A stretch of 64,000 nucleotides of DNA from Candidatus Collierbacteria bacterium RIFOXYD2_FULL_45_13 (GTDB lineage: Bacteria > Patescibacteriota > Microgenomatia > UBA1400 > MFAQ01), in assembly GCA_001774685.1 (NCBI GenBank), contig MFAS01000001.1, positions 479,557-543,556 on the forward strand, in the 5' to 3' direction. Position 1 is the stretch's first letter. Every line of letters begins with the position of its first letter. Position numbers and translations under genes: made by a program. Below are positions 19,356 to 28,778 of this stretch, piece after piece. The notes beneath the pieces were generated by a model that ran no database searches, was not told where the DNA came from, and saw only the letters and a program-made list of their open reading frames with translations.

Positions 19356-20150
19356 GTGAAAAAAACTGCCCAACATCTATTTCTAAAGGTAACAAGCCCA
19401 CAAGTTAAGCGCTGGATTATTCCGGCGCTTACCTCTTTGGTGGTAGTCTCCATCTTCGTGGCTGTCCTACTCACTCGCCAAACAGCTCCCACGAAACAAA
19501 CACCAAATCAACCGGTGGCTACTACCACTCTCACTTCGGAAGATATTGGACTACCCTCGCCTGAATTACGTAGTGGTAACTCTATCGAAGCGGTCTTGAA
19601 AGCGAGACGCACCAGAAGAGACTTTCTAGACAAAGAGCTAACTCTCAAGCAGGTTTCGCAAATGCTCTGGGCAGGCCAGGGAGTTACTGTAGACTGGGGA
19701 GGTCGTACCGCTCCCTCCGCCAAATCTACTTATCCTTTGACTTTATTTCTGATAGCCAACAAAGTTGCCGGTCTGGAAGCGGGAGAATACCAATATATTC
19801 CGGAGGATAGGACTCCCGTCCACCGCCTCAAGCCCATCAAGGCAGTCGATCTTCAGCAAGCCATCTACGAGGCACTAAAGGAAAGCTCTTTTAAGAATGC
19901 GCCGGCCGTCATCGTCATCACCGGTAATATGGACAAGATGGCCGAGTCATATGGTGGTATCCCTCATGATAAAGAAGTCTATCTTGAAGCCGGTCATGCC
20001 GGTGAGAATCTGTACCTTCAGGCCGAAAGTCTCAAGCTGGGTATGGTTACCATTTCCGGTTTTGATGAGGCTAAGGTCAAAGACCTGGTTACAATTCCGG
20101 CCGGTGATACTATAATCTACCTCGTTCCCTTTGGAATACCTAAACAATAA
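19356..20150 (+). CDS. Membrane-anchored nitroreductase-family protein (SagB-type dehydrogenase-like)
   Basis: It has an N-terminal TM, then RRTRRDFLDKELTLKQVSQMLWAGQG and a C-terminal nitroreductase fold signature (GHAGENLYLQAESLKLG). Confidence 0.55.
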   Translation: MKKTAQHLFLKVTSPQVKRWIIPALTSLVVVSIFVAVLLTRQTAPTKQTPNQPVATTTLTSEDIGLPSPELRSGNSIEAVLKARRTRRDFLDKELTLKQVSQMLWAGQGVTVDWGGRTAPSAKSTYPLTLFLIANKVAGLEAGEYQYIPEDRTPVHRLKPIKAVDLQQAIYEALKESSFKNAPAVIVITGNMDKMAESYGGIPHDKEVYLEAGHAGENLYLQAESLKLGMVTISGFDEAKVKDLVTIPAGDTIIYLVPFGIPKQ

Positions 20151-20153
20151 GAA

Positions 20154-20396
20154 ATGGAAAACCACGAGAGAATCGTCCACAACTATTGGAGTGATCAGGA
20201 AAAGTTTAAAACTCAAGAGTTTAAGACACTAGTGGCTGATGCTGAGAAAATAGCCGAGAAAACGAAACGCTGCACTCCGGAAGAACTTCTTAAAATTGCC
20301 CGTGAGGGTCGAGCGATGACTGCCGCCGATGCTTACCAAATTTTGATTCAGGATAGAACTGCCGCTAAAGCGAGCCAGCACTGGACAGACAACTAA
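20154..20396 (+). CDS. Small hypothetical protein
   Basis: It is an 80-aa ORF, charged and helical, lying 3 nt after the upstream stop. Confidence 0.35.
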   Translation: MENHERIVHNYWSDQEKFKTQEFKTLVADAEKIAEKTKRCTPEELLKIAREGRAMTAADAYQILIQDRTAAKASQHWTDN

Positions 20397-20399
20397 CAT

Positions 20400-21035
20400 C
20401 TATTTCCCTTTTCTCCACGCGGAAATTTTCTTGTGGTCCCCTGAGAGCAACACCTCCGGCACTTTCCAGCCGTTATACTCCGCCGGACGTGTGTACTGCG
20501 GGTATTCCGTTGCCATTTCCTCACTGTAAGACTCCTCTTTTAGAGACTCCGGATTCCCCAGCACCCCGGGCATTAGCCGGCAGATACTGTCAACTACGAC
20601 CATCACCGGGAGTTCGCCACCGCTGAGGACATACGGTCCAATACTGTAAATCTCATCAGCCAGATATTCATGTACACGGTGATCGATCCCTTCAAAATGA
20701 GGCGCAATAAAGATCAGGTGCTCCTCCGTTCTCAGCATTTCGGCTGCTTTCTGATCGTACATTTTGCCCTTAGTATCCATCAAAATCACCCTAGCCTCTA
20801 CGTTTTGATTTTTTAAGTCTTTTACGGCCCTCTCTACCACATCTACCCTCATCACCATTCCTGCCCCACCACCAAAAGGCCGGTCGTCGACACTCTTATA
20901 GCCATCATCACTCCAGTCACGCAAATTACGGACGTTTATCTGTACAGCCTCGGTCCCCACAGCCCTTCCAATTATCGAGGTTTTAAACACCCCCTCAAAC
21001 ATCTCCGGAAATATGGTCAAAATATCTATCTTCAT
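20400..21035 (-). CDS. trmD: tRNA (guanine37-N1)-methyltransferase
   Basis: The protein begins MKIDILTIFPEMFEGVF and carries the GGGAGMVM and LSGGELP SPOUT-knot motifs. Confidence 0.9.
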   Translation of the reverse strand: MKIDILTIFPEMFEGVFKTSIIGRAVGTEAVQINVRNLRDWSDDGYKSVDDRPFGGGAGMVMRVDVVERAVKDLKNQNVEARVILMDTKGKMYDQKAAEMLRTEEHLIFIAPHFEGIDHRVHEYLADEIYSIGPYVLSGGELPVMVVVDSICRLMPGVLGNPESLKEESYSEEMATEYPQYTRPAEYNGWKVPEVLLSGDHKKISAWRKGK

Positions 21036-21112
21036 ACCCTAATTATACTTTTAATTTGTTTTGAGTTTTCGAATCTTTGAGTTTTTGAGCTTTAGGGTCG
21101 TATAATATCCCT

Positions 21113-21349
21113 ATGCCAAGACTTGTACAGAAGACAGCTCACGGACCTATGAAAGTGGGGGATAAAGACATTTGTATGTGTGGTTTGTCGGAGAATCAGC
21201 CGTTTTGTGACCTGTCTCACAAAAAGACCCTGCCGGAGGACGAAAACAAGCTCTACTGGTATGTTGACGGCAAGGCAGAAGAAATCGTAACCGAGAATGA
21301 CAATAGCTGTTGCGAAGAGGGCTGTTGCGGGGGCAAATGTCAACACTAA
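21113..21349 (+). CDS. CDGSH-type iron-sulfur domain protein with Cys-rich tail
   Basis: C-x-C-x(8)-P-x-C-D-x-S-H (CMCGLSENQPFCDLSH) matches the CDGSH 2Fe-2S signature. The C-terminus is CCEEGCCGGKC. Confidence 0.55.
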   Translation: MPRLVQKTAHGPMKVGDKDICMCGLSENQPFCDLSHKKTLPEDENKLYWYVDGKAEEIVTENDNSCCEEGCCGGKCQH

Positions 21350-21354
21350 TATCT

Positions 21355-22533
21355 ATGAACAAGACCCCCGTCGCCGTCATTGTCATCCCTACTTACAACG
21401 AAGCCGGCTCGATCAAAAAGATGATCGATCATTTATTCACTAATACTTTCCCCAAGACCAAAGGCTGGGACTGTCAAGTGCTGGTGGTGGACGACACCTC
21501 TCCTGATGGCACTTACAAAGTAGTCCAATCTCTGCAAAAGCGTTACAAAAAACTTTTTCTGTCACTAAGTGCCAAAAAAGCCGGTATTGGCGGTGCCTAT
21601 GTCCGTGGTTTTCGGTATGCCATGAACGAGCTCCACGCAGATGTCGTCATCGAGTTTGACGGCGATTTCCAACATCCTCCCAAGACCATCCCGGTGATGC
21701 TCGAAGGGATCTCGGAGGGTTATGATTATGTATTGGGTTCACGTAAAATCAAAGGTGGCAGCAATCCCAAAGGTTGGGGTTTCAAAAGACTCTTCTTCAG
21801 CGAGATTGGAGGAATGGTGGCACGTTTCGTCTTGTTCTTCCCGACCAAAAACTTTTTCAAAATTACCGATCCGACGACAGGTCTCAAAGCCTCAAGGGTA
21901 AAAGGATTTGTGGACACCATGGACATGGACCACCTTTACTCTCATAGTTTTGGCTACAAACTCGAGTTTCTTTATAAAATGACGGCTTTAGGAGCTAAGA
22001 TCAAAGAAGTTCCTCTTCAATTTTTCGTTCGAGAGGCAGGGGAATCCAAGATCGAACCCCAAACGGCCAAGGATATTTTCCGTACTGTTTTTTTACTCAG
22101 GCTGAACGACCCCATGACAAAAAAGTTTATTAAATTTGGCACCATCGGCTTGTTTGGTTTTGTTATTAACAAAGTCGGTCTCGATGTTTTTGCCACTCTG
22201 CTGAAGAACGTTATCGGGAGCGTGGGTATTAGAAACGCCCTGGCAAACGCCATGGCCGCCGAGATCTCCATCATCAGCAACTTTACCTTTAACAATCTCT
22301 GGACCTTCAAGAATGAGAAATTGGTCTGGGGTGCCAAATTGATCAAGAAGTTCACCACTTTTAATCTAAGTTCGGTCGTTTCCGGTATTATCCTCCCCAG
22401 TCTGGTTATCGGTGCCGGCACCCATGTTTTCGGGGATCAATATCGCTTCCTCTTCCTGATCATTGGCGTCTTCTTCATCACTGTTCCTCTTAACTGGTTT
22501 ATCTACAACGTCGTGATCTGGAAAAAGAAGTAG
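21355..22533 (+). CDS. GT2 polyprenol-phosphate sugar synthase (DPM1/Ppm1-like) fused to GtrA-like C-terminal membrane domain
   Basis: The N-terminal half has VIVIPTYNEAGSI...VLVVDDTSPDGT...FDGDFQHPP (a GT-A fold with DxD). The C-terminal roughly 130 aa has four TMs with a GtrA-family pattern (FIKFGTIGLFGFVINKVGL). Confidence 0.8.
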   Translation: MNKTPVAVIVIPTYNEAGSIKKMIDHLFTNTFPKTKGWDCQVLVVDDTSPDGTYKVVQSLQKRYKKLFLSLSAKKAGIGGAYVRGFRYAMNELHADVVIEFDGDFQHPPKTIPVMLEGISEGYDYVLGSRKIKGGSNPKGWGFKRLFFSEIGGMVARFVLFFPTKNFFKITDPTTGLKASRVKGFVDTMDMDHLYSHSFGYKLEFLYKMTALGAKIKEVPLQFFVREAGESKIEPQTAKDIFRTVFLLRLNDPMTKKFIKFGTIGLFGFVINKVGLDVFATLLKNVIGSVGIRNALANAMAAEISIISNFTFNNLWTFKNEKLVWGAKLIKKFTTFNLSSVVSGIILPSLVIGAGTHVFGDQYRFLFLIIGVFFITVPLNWFIYNVVIWKKK

Positions 22534-22590
22534 TCAAGCTCTTGCCGATCTTCTTTTTGTAGTTTTCTTACCGTAAATTCCATAAAGATA

Positions 22591-23706
22591 CTATAAATAT
22601 GGTGCCCAATCAGCTACCGGAGCGGTATTGTTTAGAAGAAAGTTCCAGGTAAAAAGCATAATCGGGACGATCAATAGGAAAGCGATCACTTTGAACTCTC
22701 TTTTTTGAACCAACTTATCCCAACCGATCAAGACGAATGGTGCAACGGGTAGAATATAACGGCTAATATCCCGGTGGGCTACAAACAGGGTGGACAGAAA
22801 AAACAAACCGGCAAAATAATACTCGATTGTTAGTTTCTTCTCCTTAAGTTTCATAATCCCGACACCAAAAACAATCCAGGTCCAAATCACATCTTCAAGC
22901 CAAAAGTTTCCGACCCACACTTGACCTTGTGGTACAAACACACTAAACGGCGGCCAAAACAAATGAATATTGTCGCCGCTGTGGAGATAAGCCCAAAGAT
23001 CTCCTGTTCGCAATTTGAAAAACCAAAACAAACCGCCAACCGCCGCTAGCTGAATCAACAGCGGCCAATATTTCCAGACAATTCGTTTCTCCTTTATCGA
23101 CTCGACCAGAGCATACACGCCATAAGCTGCCAAAAGTATCACAGCCGGACTTTTTGTAATCTGTGCCAAAGCTCCGAAGATTCCGGCTAACAAATATTTG
23201 CCTTTTTTAAAATAAAATAGACTGGCGAGAATAAAAAGTATGAACCATGGTTCCGGAGAACCGATAGCCCGGATAGCTACCCAGCGGGCAGGCAAGATCA
23301 TAAAAACGAGCGACAGCCAAAAAGGATCGAGACTGAGTTTAAATTCCGACAGGTACTTGTGAAACATCCCAAAGCACAGCAACGAGCCCAGTAGGGTTGC
23401 CAATAGCATAGCTGTCGGTCCTTTCAGGAAGGGATCCAAAACAGCGATTATAGTCGGGTAAAAAGGAAAATGTGCCGGGAAATACTCGGCCGGCTCGGTC
23501 ACCGAAAAATAATTCACAATTTTTTCTTTGTTGTACCAAGTCTTCTCCACAATCAGATAGTTCGGTCCATCATAGTTTTGCCATAGAGTAAAGTTGCCTT
23601 TGGTAAAGTCCAAATCCCAGCCAGGCAATTTTGTTTTCAGACTAAAAGGCAACCAGATTAGTAGAGAAAACAATAGAATGGTGAGTAATAAATACGCTCG
23701 TTTCAT
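22591..23706 (-). CDS. Polytopic membrane protein, GT-C-like glycosyltransferase candidate
   Basis: It is 371 aa with at least 9 TMs and aromatic-rich loops. There is no cytoplasmic GT-A domain. Confidence 0.4.
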   Translation of the reverse strand: MKRAYLLLTILLFSLLIWLPFSLKTKLPGWDLDFTKGNFTLWQNYDGPNYLIVEKTWYNKEKIVNYFSVTEPAEYFPAHFPFYPTIIAVLDPFLKGPTAMLLATLLGSLLCFGMFHKYLSEFKLSLDPFWLSLVFMILPARWVAIRAIGSPEPWFILFILASLFYFKKGKYLLAGIFGALAQITKSPAVILLAAYGVYALVESIKEKRIVWKYWPLLIQLAAVGGLFWFFKLRTGDLWAYLHSGDNIHLFWPPFSVFVPQGQVWVGNFWLEDVIWTWIVFGVGIMKLKEKKLTIEYYFAGLFFLSTLFVAHRDISRYILPVAPFVLIGWDKLVQKREFKVIAFLLIVPIMLFTWNFLLNNTAPVADWAPYL

Positions 23707-23725
23707 CTACCTCTAGTATATACTT

Positions 23726-24442
23726 GTGAGTATGTCGCGACAAATAGACAAATTATCGGTATTCTTACCTGCCTACAACGAGGGTGCCAATCTGGATAAG
23801 ACAGTCCAAAATGTGGTCACGAATCTGAAAAAAAATGTCACCGACTGGGAGCTTATTATCGTGAATGATGGCTCCAAGGATCACACCGGAAAAATCGCCG
23901 ACAGCTGGAGCAAGAAAGATAATCGTATCTCAGTCATTCATCATAGTCCAAACCGCGGTTACGGCGCCGCCCTCAAGAGTGGTTTATACGCCTGTAAATA
24001 CCCCTGGATTTCCTTTATTGATTCTGATGGTCAGTTTGACTTCTCCGAGATTAATCGCTTTATTGATACTCAGCAGAGAACCGGCGCCGACATGATTATT
24101 GGTTTCTACCTTGGCCGGAAAGTTTCATTCAGTCGTAAACTAAACACTTTTATCTGGCAAGTCATAGTTCGTCTCTTATTTGGTCTCAATGTCCGCGACA
24201 TTGATTGTGGTTTCAAGCTGATTTCCAAAAAAATTGTCGACACCATCGAACCTCTCCAAAGTGAAAGGGGTGCCTTTATAAGCAGTGAGTTCTTGATCAA
24301 ATCCAAAAAAGCAGGCTTCAAAATTATCGAGATCGGAGTCAATCATTATCCCAGGAAGCAGGGAGAAGGTACTGGAGCCAATCTCGACGTCATCATCCAA
24401 AGTTTCGTCGATCTATTTAAACTTTGGTACAAGCTTAAATAA
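23726..24442 (+). CDS. GT2 glycosyltransferase (GtrB/ArnC-like polyprenol-phosphate glycosyltransferase)
   Basis: It has the LSVFLPAYNEGANL...LIIVNDGSKDHT...DSDGQFD motifs. Confidence 0.8.
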   Translation: MSMSRQIDKLSVFLPAYNEGANLDKTVQNVVTNLKKNVTDWELIIVNDGSKDHTGKIADSWSKKDNRISVIHHSPNRGYGAALKSGLYACKYPWISFIDSDGQFDFSEINRFIDTQQRTGADMIIGFYLGRKVSFSRKLNTFIWQVIVRLLFGLNVRDIDCGFKLISKKIVDTIEPLQSERGAFISSEFLIKSKKAGFKIIEIGVNHYPRKQGEGTGANLDVIIQSFVDLFKLWYKLK

Positions 24443-24456
24443 GCCAGACTTGTGAC

Positions 24457-25944
24457 ATGATCAACTTCATCAAAAAAAACAAGCTTGAGTCTCTCTTCAT
24501 TTTATTAATCACTCTCCTGTCTCTATATCTCCGCCTGTACCGTATTGGTGAGTTTATGACTTTCTTGGGCGACGAGGGGAGAGATGTCCGTATCGTGCGG
24601 GATCTGATCACCAAAGGTAACCTTGTCTTTATTGGACCGCGAACCAGTATCGGCAACATGTATCTCGGCCCACTTTACTACTACATGATGGCCCCTGCTC
24701 TTTTTCTCTCTCGACTGAATCCAGTTGGTCCGGCCGTTCTGAACGCCATTATTGGTGCCTTTACTGTTTTTATTACATATTTTATCGGCCGAAAACTTTT
24801 CAACCGATGGTCCGGTCTGCTTGCCGCCCTACTATATGCCGTTTCACCCGTAGCTATTATTTATTCTCGTTCTTCCTGGAATCCAAACCCCATGCCTCTA
24901 TTTGCTTTGCTTTGTGTTTGGGGCATATACGAAGTTTGGCAAAACAAGCAATATTTCTGGCTTCCTCTTGTGGGGATTTTCTTTGCTTTTGCCTTGCAGA
25001 TGCATTATCTAGGCTTACTGCTGGGACCGGTTCTCGGTCTGTTTTGGTTCCTTACTCTAATTTCAGTCAATAAGTCAAAGAGCCACTCAGAGAAAAAAAC
25101 CTTTTTAAGTTTTACTCTTTTTGCGTTTTTGAGTTTTTTCATCCTTATGTCGCCACTGTTGCTATTTGACCTCAAACACCAAGGGATGAACTTCAACGCC
25201 TTCAAAATGTTTTTCACCGACAGGCAGACTACCGTCAATCTCAATCCTGCCAGATCAGATCGCTTTCTTCCCGTCATACTCATGACCGTCTCGGACCTGG
25301 TACTATCTCGGCAGACCATGTGGGCTCCGCTGGCTTCCGTTCTGACTCTTGTACTTTCCGTCTGGCTCTATCTCAAATCAAAGTGGCTCAGTCCTCTCAA
25401 AACCGTTTTTGTCTGGCTTGGCTTTGCGATACTCGGTCTTAGTATTTACAAACAGCACGTCTACATTCATTATCTTGGCTTTATTTATCCGGCTGTGTAT
25501 CTGCTGATTGGGGCCATACTCGGCTTTCTCCTCAATCAAAAAACCATCTTCAGATTGATTGCTTCCGTCTTAATCATTTTTCTCTTTACTAATAGTTTAA
25601 TTTTTAGCCCGGTAAAGGAAAACCCCAACCGTCAGCTCCAAAGGACAGAGCAGGCTGTGGATCTGATTGTTAAAGAGGCGAACGGTCAGCCCTTCAACTT
25701 CGGACTGATCGCGAAACAAAACTACGATGAGTCCTACCGTTATTTTTTGGAAAACAAAAATACGGGTTTGGTCAGGGGAGAGGATGAAATAGTCGACCAG
25801 CTTTTCGTTATCTGTGAAGATGGTGACAGTTGTCAGCCCGAAGGTCACCCTGATTGGCAGATAGCAATTTTTGGCCCGTCTCACGTTGTTGGCCAGTGGC
25901 AGATTGATTATCTAAAAATTTATCGCTTAATTCATACCAAATGA
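24457..25944 (+). CDS. PMT/ArnT-like GT-C glycosyltransferase (GT39/GT83 family)
   Basis: It has an N-terminal TM, then RLYRIGEFMTFLGDEGRD (DE loop-1 motif), about 11 TMs and a C-terminal soluble domain. Confidence 0.7.
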   Translation: MINFIKKNKLESLFILLITLLSLYLRLYRIGEFMTFLGDEGRDVRIVRDLITKGNLVFIGPRTSIGNMYLGPLYYYMMAPALFLSRLNPVGPAVLNAIIGAFTVFITYFIGRKLFNRWSGLLAALLYAVSPVAIIYSRSSWNPNPMPLFALLCVWGIYEVWQNKQYFWLPLVGIFFAFALQMHYLGLLLGPVLGLFWFLTLISVNKSKSHSEKKTFLSFTLFAFLSFFILMSPLLLFDLKHQGMNFNAFKMFFTDRQTTVNLNPARSDRFLPVILMTVSDLVLSRQTMWAPLASVLTLVLSVWLYLKSKWLSPLKTVFVWLGFAILGLSIYKQHVYIHYLGFIYPAVYLLIGAILGFLLNQKTIFRLIASVLIIFLFTNSLIFSPVKENPNRQLQRTEQAVDLIVKEANGQPFNFGLIAKQNYDESYRYFLENKNTGLVRGEDEIVDQLFVICEDGDSCQPEGHPDWQIAIFGPSHVVGQWQIDYLKIYRLIHTK

Positions 25945-26486
25945 CCACAAACTACACCAATGGTCCTCTTGTTTGGTTGGATTTGGAATTCACCGATCTC
26001 GACGTCAAAAGAGCCCAGATCGTGGAGATTGCCACGGTCATCACCGATGCCAAGCTCAACATCAAGGCCGTAGGTCCGGACTTGGTTATTCATCAGCCCG
26101 AATCGGTTCTGAGAGGGATGGTTCGCTGGAATCAAGAGCATTTTTCCCAGTCAGGGCTAATGGAGAAAATAGTCTCCTCCAAGATAACCCTGAAACGGGC
26201 CTACGAAGAAACCTTAAAGTTTGTCAAAGCCCATTGTGCCTTCAAGACTGGTGTTTTGGCCGGTTCATCGGTCTATATTGACCGTGAGTTTCTGGGAGAA
26301 TACATGCCTCTTCTTTATGACTACTTACATTTCAGGATCATTGACACCAATACCATTAAGGAGCTCATGCATCGCTGGTACCCTCGGGTTCCCGACTACC
26401 CAAAGATCGAGGCCCATCGGGCAGGAAAAGACATCATTGAGTCCATCAATGAGTTAAAATATTACCAGTCGGAGATCTTCAAGTAG
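25941..26486 (+). CDS. orn: Oligoribonuclease (DEDDh 3'-5' exonuclease)
   Basis: It has the LVWLDLEFTDLD exo I motif, an exo II/III YH..D pattern and is 181 aa. Confidence 0.85.
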   Translation: MTTNYTNGPLVWLDLEFTDLDVKRAQIVEIATVITDAKLNIKAVGPDLVIHQPESVLRGMVRWNQEHFSQSGLMEKIVSSKITLKRAYEETLKFVKAHCAFKTGVLAGSSVYIDREFLGEYMPLLYDYLHFRIIDTNTIKELMHRWYPRVPDYPKIEAHRAGKDIIESINELKYYQSEIFK

Positions 26487-26496
26487 CCGACCATTC

Positions 26497-27258
26497 ATGA
26501 AACCAATGCTTTCCATTGTTGTCAGTAACTACAACGAACACGCCAATTTAGAGCGCGGTGTCCTGGAACAAATGTATCGGCACCTTAAGGGTGTCAGTTA
26601 CTCTTGGGAAGTGATCATCAATGATGATGGTTCCACGGATGGTGGAGACAAAATTATCGAGGATTACGCCAAGAACCACCCTGGTTTTCGGATGATCAGA
26701 GGCAAACACGGTGGGAAAGCGGCCGGTATTTGGAACGGTATACAAGCCGCCAAAGGCGGGATCGTTCTCTTTACGGACATGGATCAGTCTACCCCACTAA
26801 AGGAAGTCGACAAGCTACTGCCTTCCTTTGAATTGGGCTACGATGTTGTTTTTGGTTCCCGCGGTAAAATGCGACACAATTTTTCACCTCTACGTCAAAT
26901 TTCTTCCTGGGCTTTTCGTTCCTTCAGGCGCATGCTCTTGCTTCACGACGTTGTAGATACTCAGTGTGGTTTCAAAGCTCTAAAAACGGAAGTTGCCAGG
27001 AAGATTTTTCCTTTGCTTAGTGTTATCAAAAACAAAAGAACTATCAGTAAAGGTTGGACAGTTTCCGCCTTCGATGTCGAACTACTGTTTCTAGCCGAGA
27101 AACTTGGCTTCAGGCTCAAAGAGATTGATGTCACCTGGAAAAACGAAGACACCTCTGTTAGTAAACAAAAAAGTTTCATTGGCGAGTCCGTTGACATGCT
27201 CAAACAAATTATTCAAGTGAAGATCAACGATCTCTCAGGAAAATATGACCAAAAATAA
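26497..27258 (+). CDS. GT2 glycosyltransferase (dolichyl-phosphate glucosyl/mannosyltransferase-like)
   Basis: It has the LSIVVSNYNEHANL...VIINDDGSTDGG...TDMDQSTP motifs. Confidence 0.8.
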   Translation: MKPMLSIVVSNYNEHANLERGVLEQMYRHLKGVSYSWEVIINDDGSTDGGDKIIEDYAKNHPGFRMIRGKHGGKAAGIWNGIQAAKGGIVLFTDMDQSTPLKEVDKLLPSFELGYDVVFGSRGKMRHNFSPLRQISSWAFRSFRRMLLLHDVVDTQCGFKALKTEVARKIFPLLSVIKNKRTISKGWTVSAFDVELLFLAEKLGFRLKEIDVTWKNEDTSVSKQKSFIGESVDMLKQIIQVKINDLSGKYDQK

Positions 27259-28747
27259 AATCTTTTGGCTACTCGGTTTGGCAGTTATTTCCCTAGCCCT
27301 CTTTTTATTTTTTAGGCTTTATCGTCTGGGGCAAGTCCCTGTTTTTGTTGACGAGGCCATTTATATCCGTTGGTCCCAGGTAATGCGTGCGGAGCCTACG
27401 CTTCGCTTCCTACCACTGTCGGATGGTAAACAGCCCCTCTTTATGTGGTCCACTATGCCCTTTCTCAAGTTCGTCTCAGATCCCTTGCTTGCCGGTCGTT
27501 TGGTCTCCGTCTTTACCGGTTTTGGTTCCTTGGTGGGTATAGGATTGCTGTCATTTCTACTCTTTTCAAATCCCTTTATCGCCCTTTTTTCTTCCCTAAT
27601 TTATGCCATCATTCCCTTCACCGTGTTTTTTGACCGGATGGCTCTAGCGGACAGTATGTTAGCCATGTTTGGAGTCTGGTCTCTGGTCTTTGCCGTCAAA
27701 TTTACCAAATCTCTTCAAACCGAATACGCCCTCTACCTTGGCTTCGCCATTGGAGCCGGCCTCCTGACCAAGTCTCCGGCCATGATCTTTTATTTTTGGG
27801 CCATTCTGGCGGTTTTCTTTTCTCTGGATCAAAAGAAGATTGATTCAAAATTAATCGGCAAACTTGCTTGGGGCTTGTTGCTCGTACTGATTGTCTCTCA
27901 AGCCATGTACGCCATTCTCCGGCTGGGAGTTGGGTTCCAAATGATCGGTGCCCGTAATCAAGACTACGTTTTCTCTATCAAAGAGGTCTTGTCTCACCCT
28001 TTGACACCCTTTGTCGGCAACGCCCGAACTACCCTAAACTGGTTATTCCTTTTGTTAACACCTACGGTGTTGTTGCTAGGCGGACTTGGCTACCTAAACT
28101 CAAAAGTCAGACGCCAATATGTGTTATTGATTGTTGTGGCCCTGATACCTCTCCTGTACCAGGCCTTCATCGCCAAGGTTTACACCAGTCGCTATATTTT
28201 GTATGCCGTCCTGCCTTTAATTCCACTGGCGGGACTGGGTCTTCACTGGCTCTTCAGTCGCAAAGGACTCCTTATCAAATCATCGATCGCCCTTTTTCTT
28301 TCCGTACCATTTCTCATTACTCTTGTCTATTTATTCAAGCCCACTCTAGCGCCCATGCCATTTGACATGCGTAATGGTTATTTTGAGGAATGGACTGCGG
28401 GCTACGGTCAAAGAGAAGTTGCTCAGTACTTGATTACCAAAGCTTCCCAAGGTAAGAAAATAGTCGTATTTACCGAAGGTTTCTTTGGTACACTCCCCGA
28501 TGGTCTGCAGATATACACAGAAGGTAATAAAAACATCACCATTGTTGGCTCTACCTATTATGTTTCTGAAATTCCTTCCGGACTCCTAAACACTTCCGGT
28601 GATAATCTGCGATTCTTGGTTATCAACAAATCCCGGAATCATCTTTCTGCTGCCGACTTATCTAAGTTAGAGTTAGTTAAGGAGTATCCCAAGATGGTCC
28701 GCTCCGACGGCAGTCGGGAGTTCCTCCAGTTCTTCCGCCTGAAATAA
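27245..28747 (+). CDS. PMT/ArnT-like GT-C glycosyltransferase
   Basis: It has RLYRLGQVPVFVDEAIYIRW (DE motif) and about 12 TMs. Confidence 0.7.
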   Translation: MTKNKIFWLLGLAVISLALFLFFRLYRLGQVPVFVDEAIYIRWSQVMRAEPTLRFLPLSDGKQPLFMWSTMPFLKFVSDPLLAGRLVSVFTGFGSLVGIGLLSFLLFSNPFIALFSSLIYAIIPFTVFFDRMALADSMLAMFGVWSLVFAVKFTKSLQTEYALYLGFAIGAGLLTKSPAMIFYFWAILAVFFSLDQKKIDSKLIGKLAWGLLLVLIVSQAMYAILRLGVGFQMIGARNQDYVFSIKEVLSHPLTPFVGNARTTLNWLFLLLTPTVLLLGGLGYLNSKVRRQYVLLIVVALIPLLYQAFIAKVYTSRYILYAVLPLIPLAGLGLHWLFSRKGLLIKSSIALFLSVPFLITLVYLFKPTLAPMPFDMRNGYFEEWTAGYGQREVAQYLITKASQGKKIVVFTEGFFGTLPDGLQIYTEGNKNITIVGSTYYVSEIPSGLLNTSGDNLRFLVINKSRNHLSAADLSKLELVKEYPKMVRSDGSREFLQFFRLK

Positions 28748-28778
28748 TCCTTTTCACCTGCGTATATAATTAAGCCAC

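Noticed and set aside
19356-20396. Possible TOMM/microcin cluster (SagB-like plus small downstream ORF)
   Set aside because: No cyclodehydratase is present and the 80-aa ORF is not Cys/Ser/Thr-rich.
22534-22590. Convergent-gene intergenic region as a bidirectional terminator
   Set aside because: No convincing GC-rich hairpin was found by eye.
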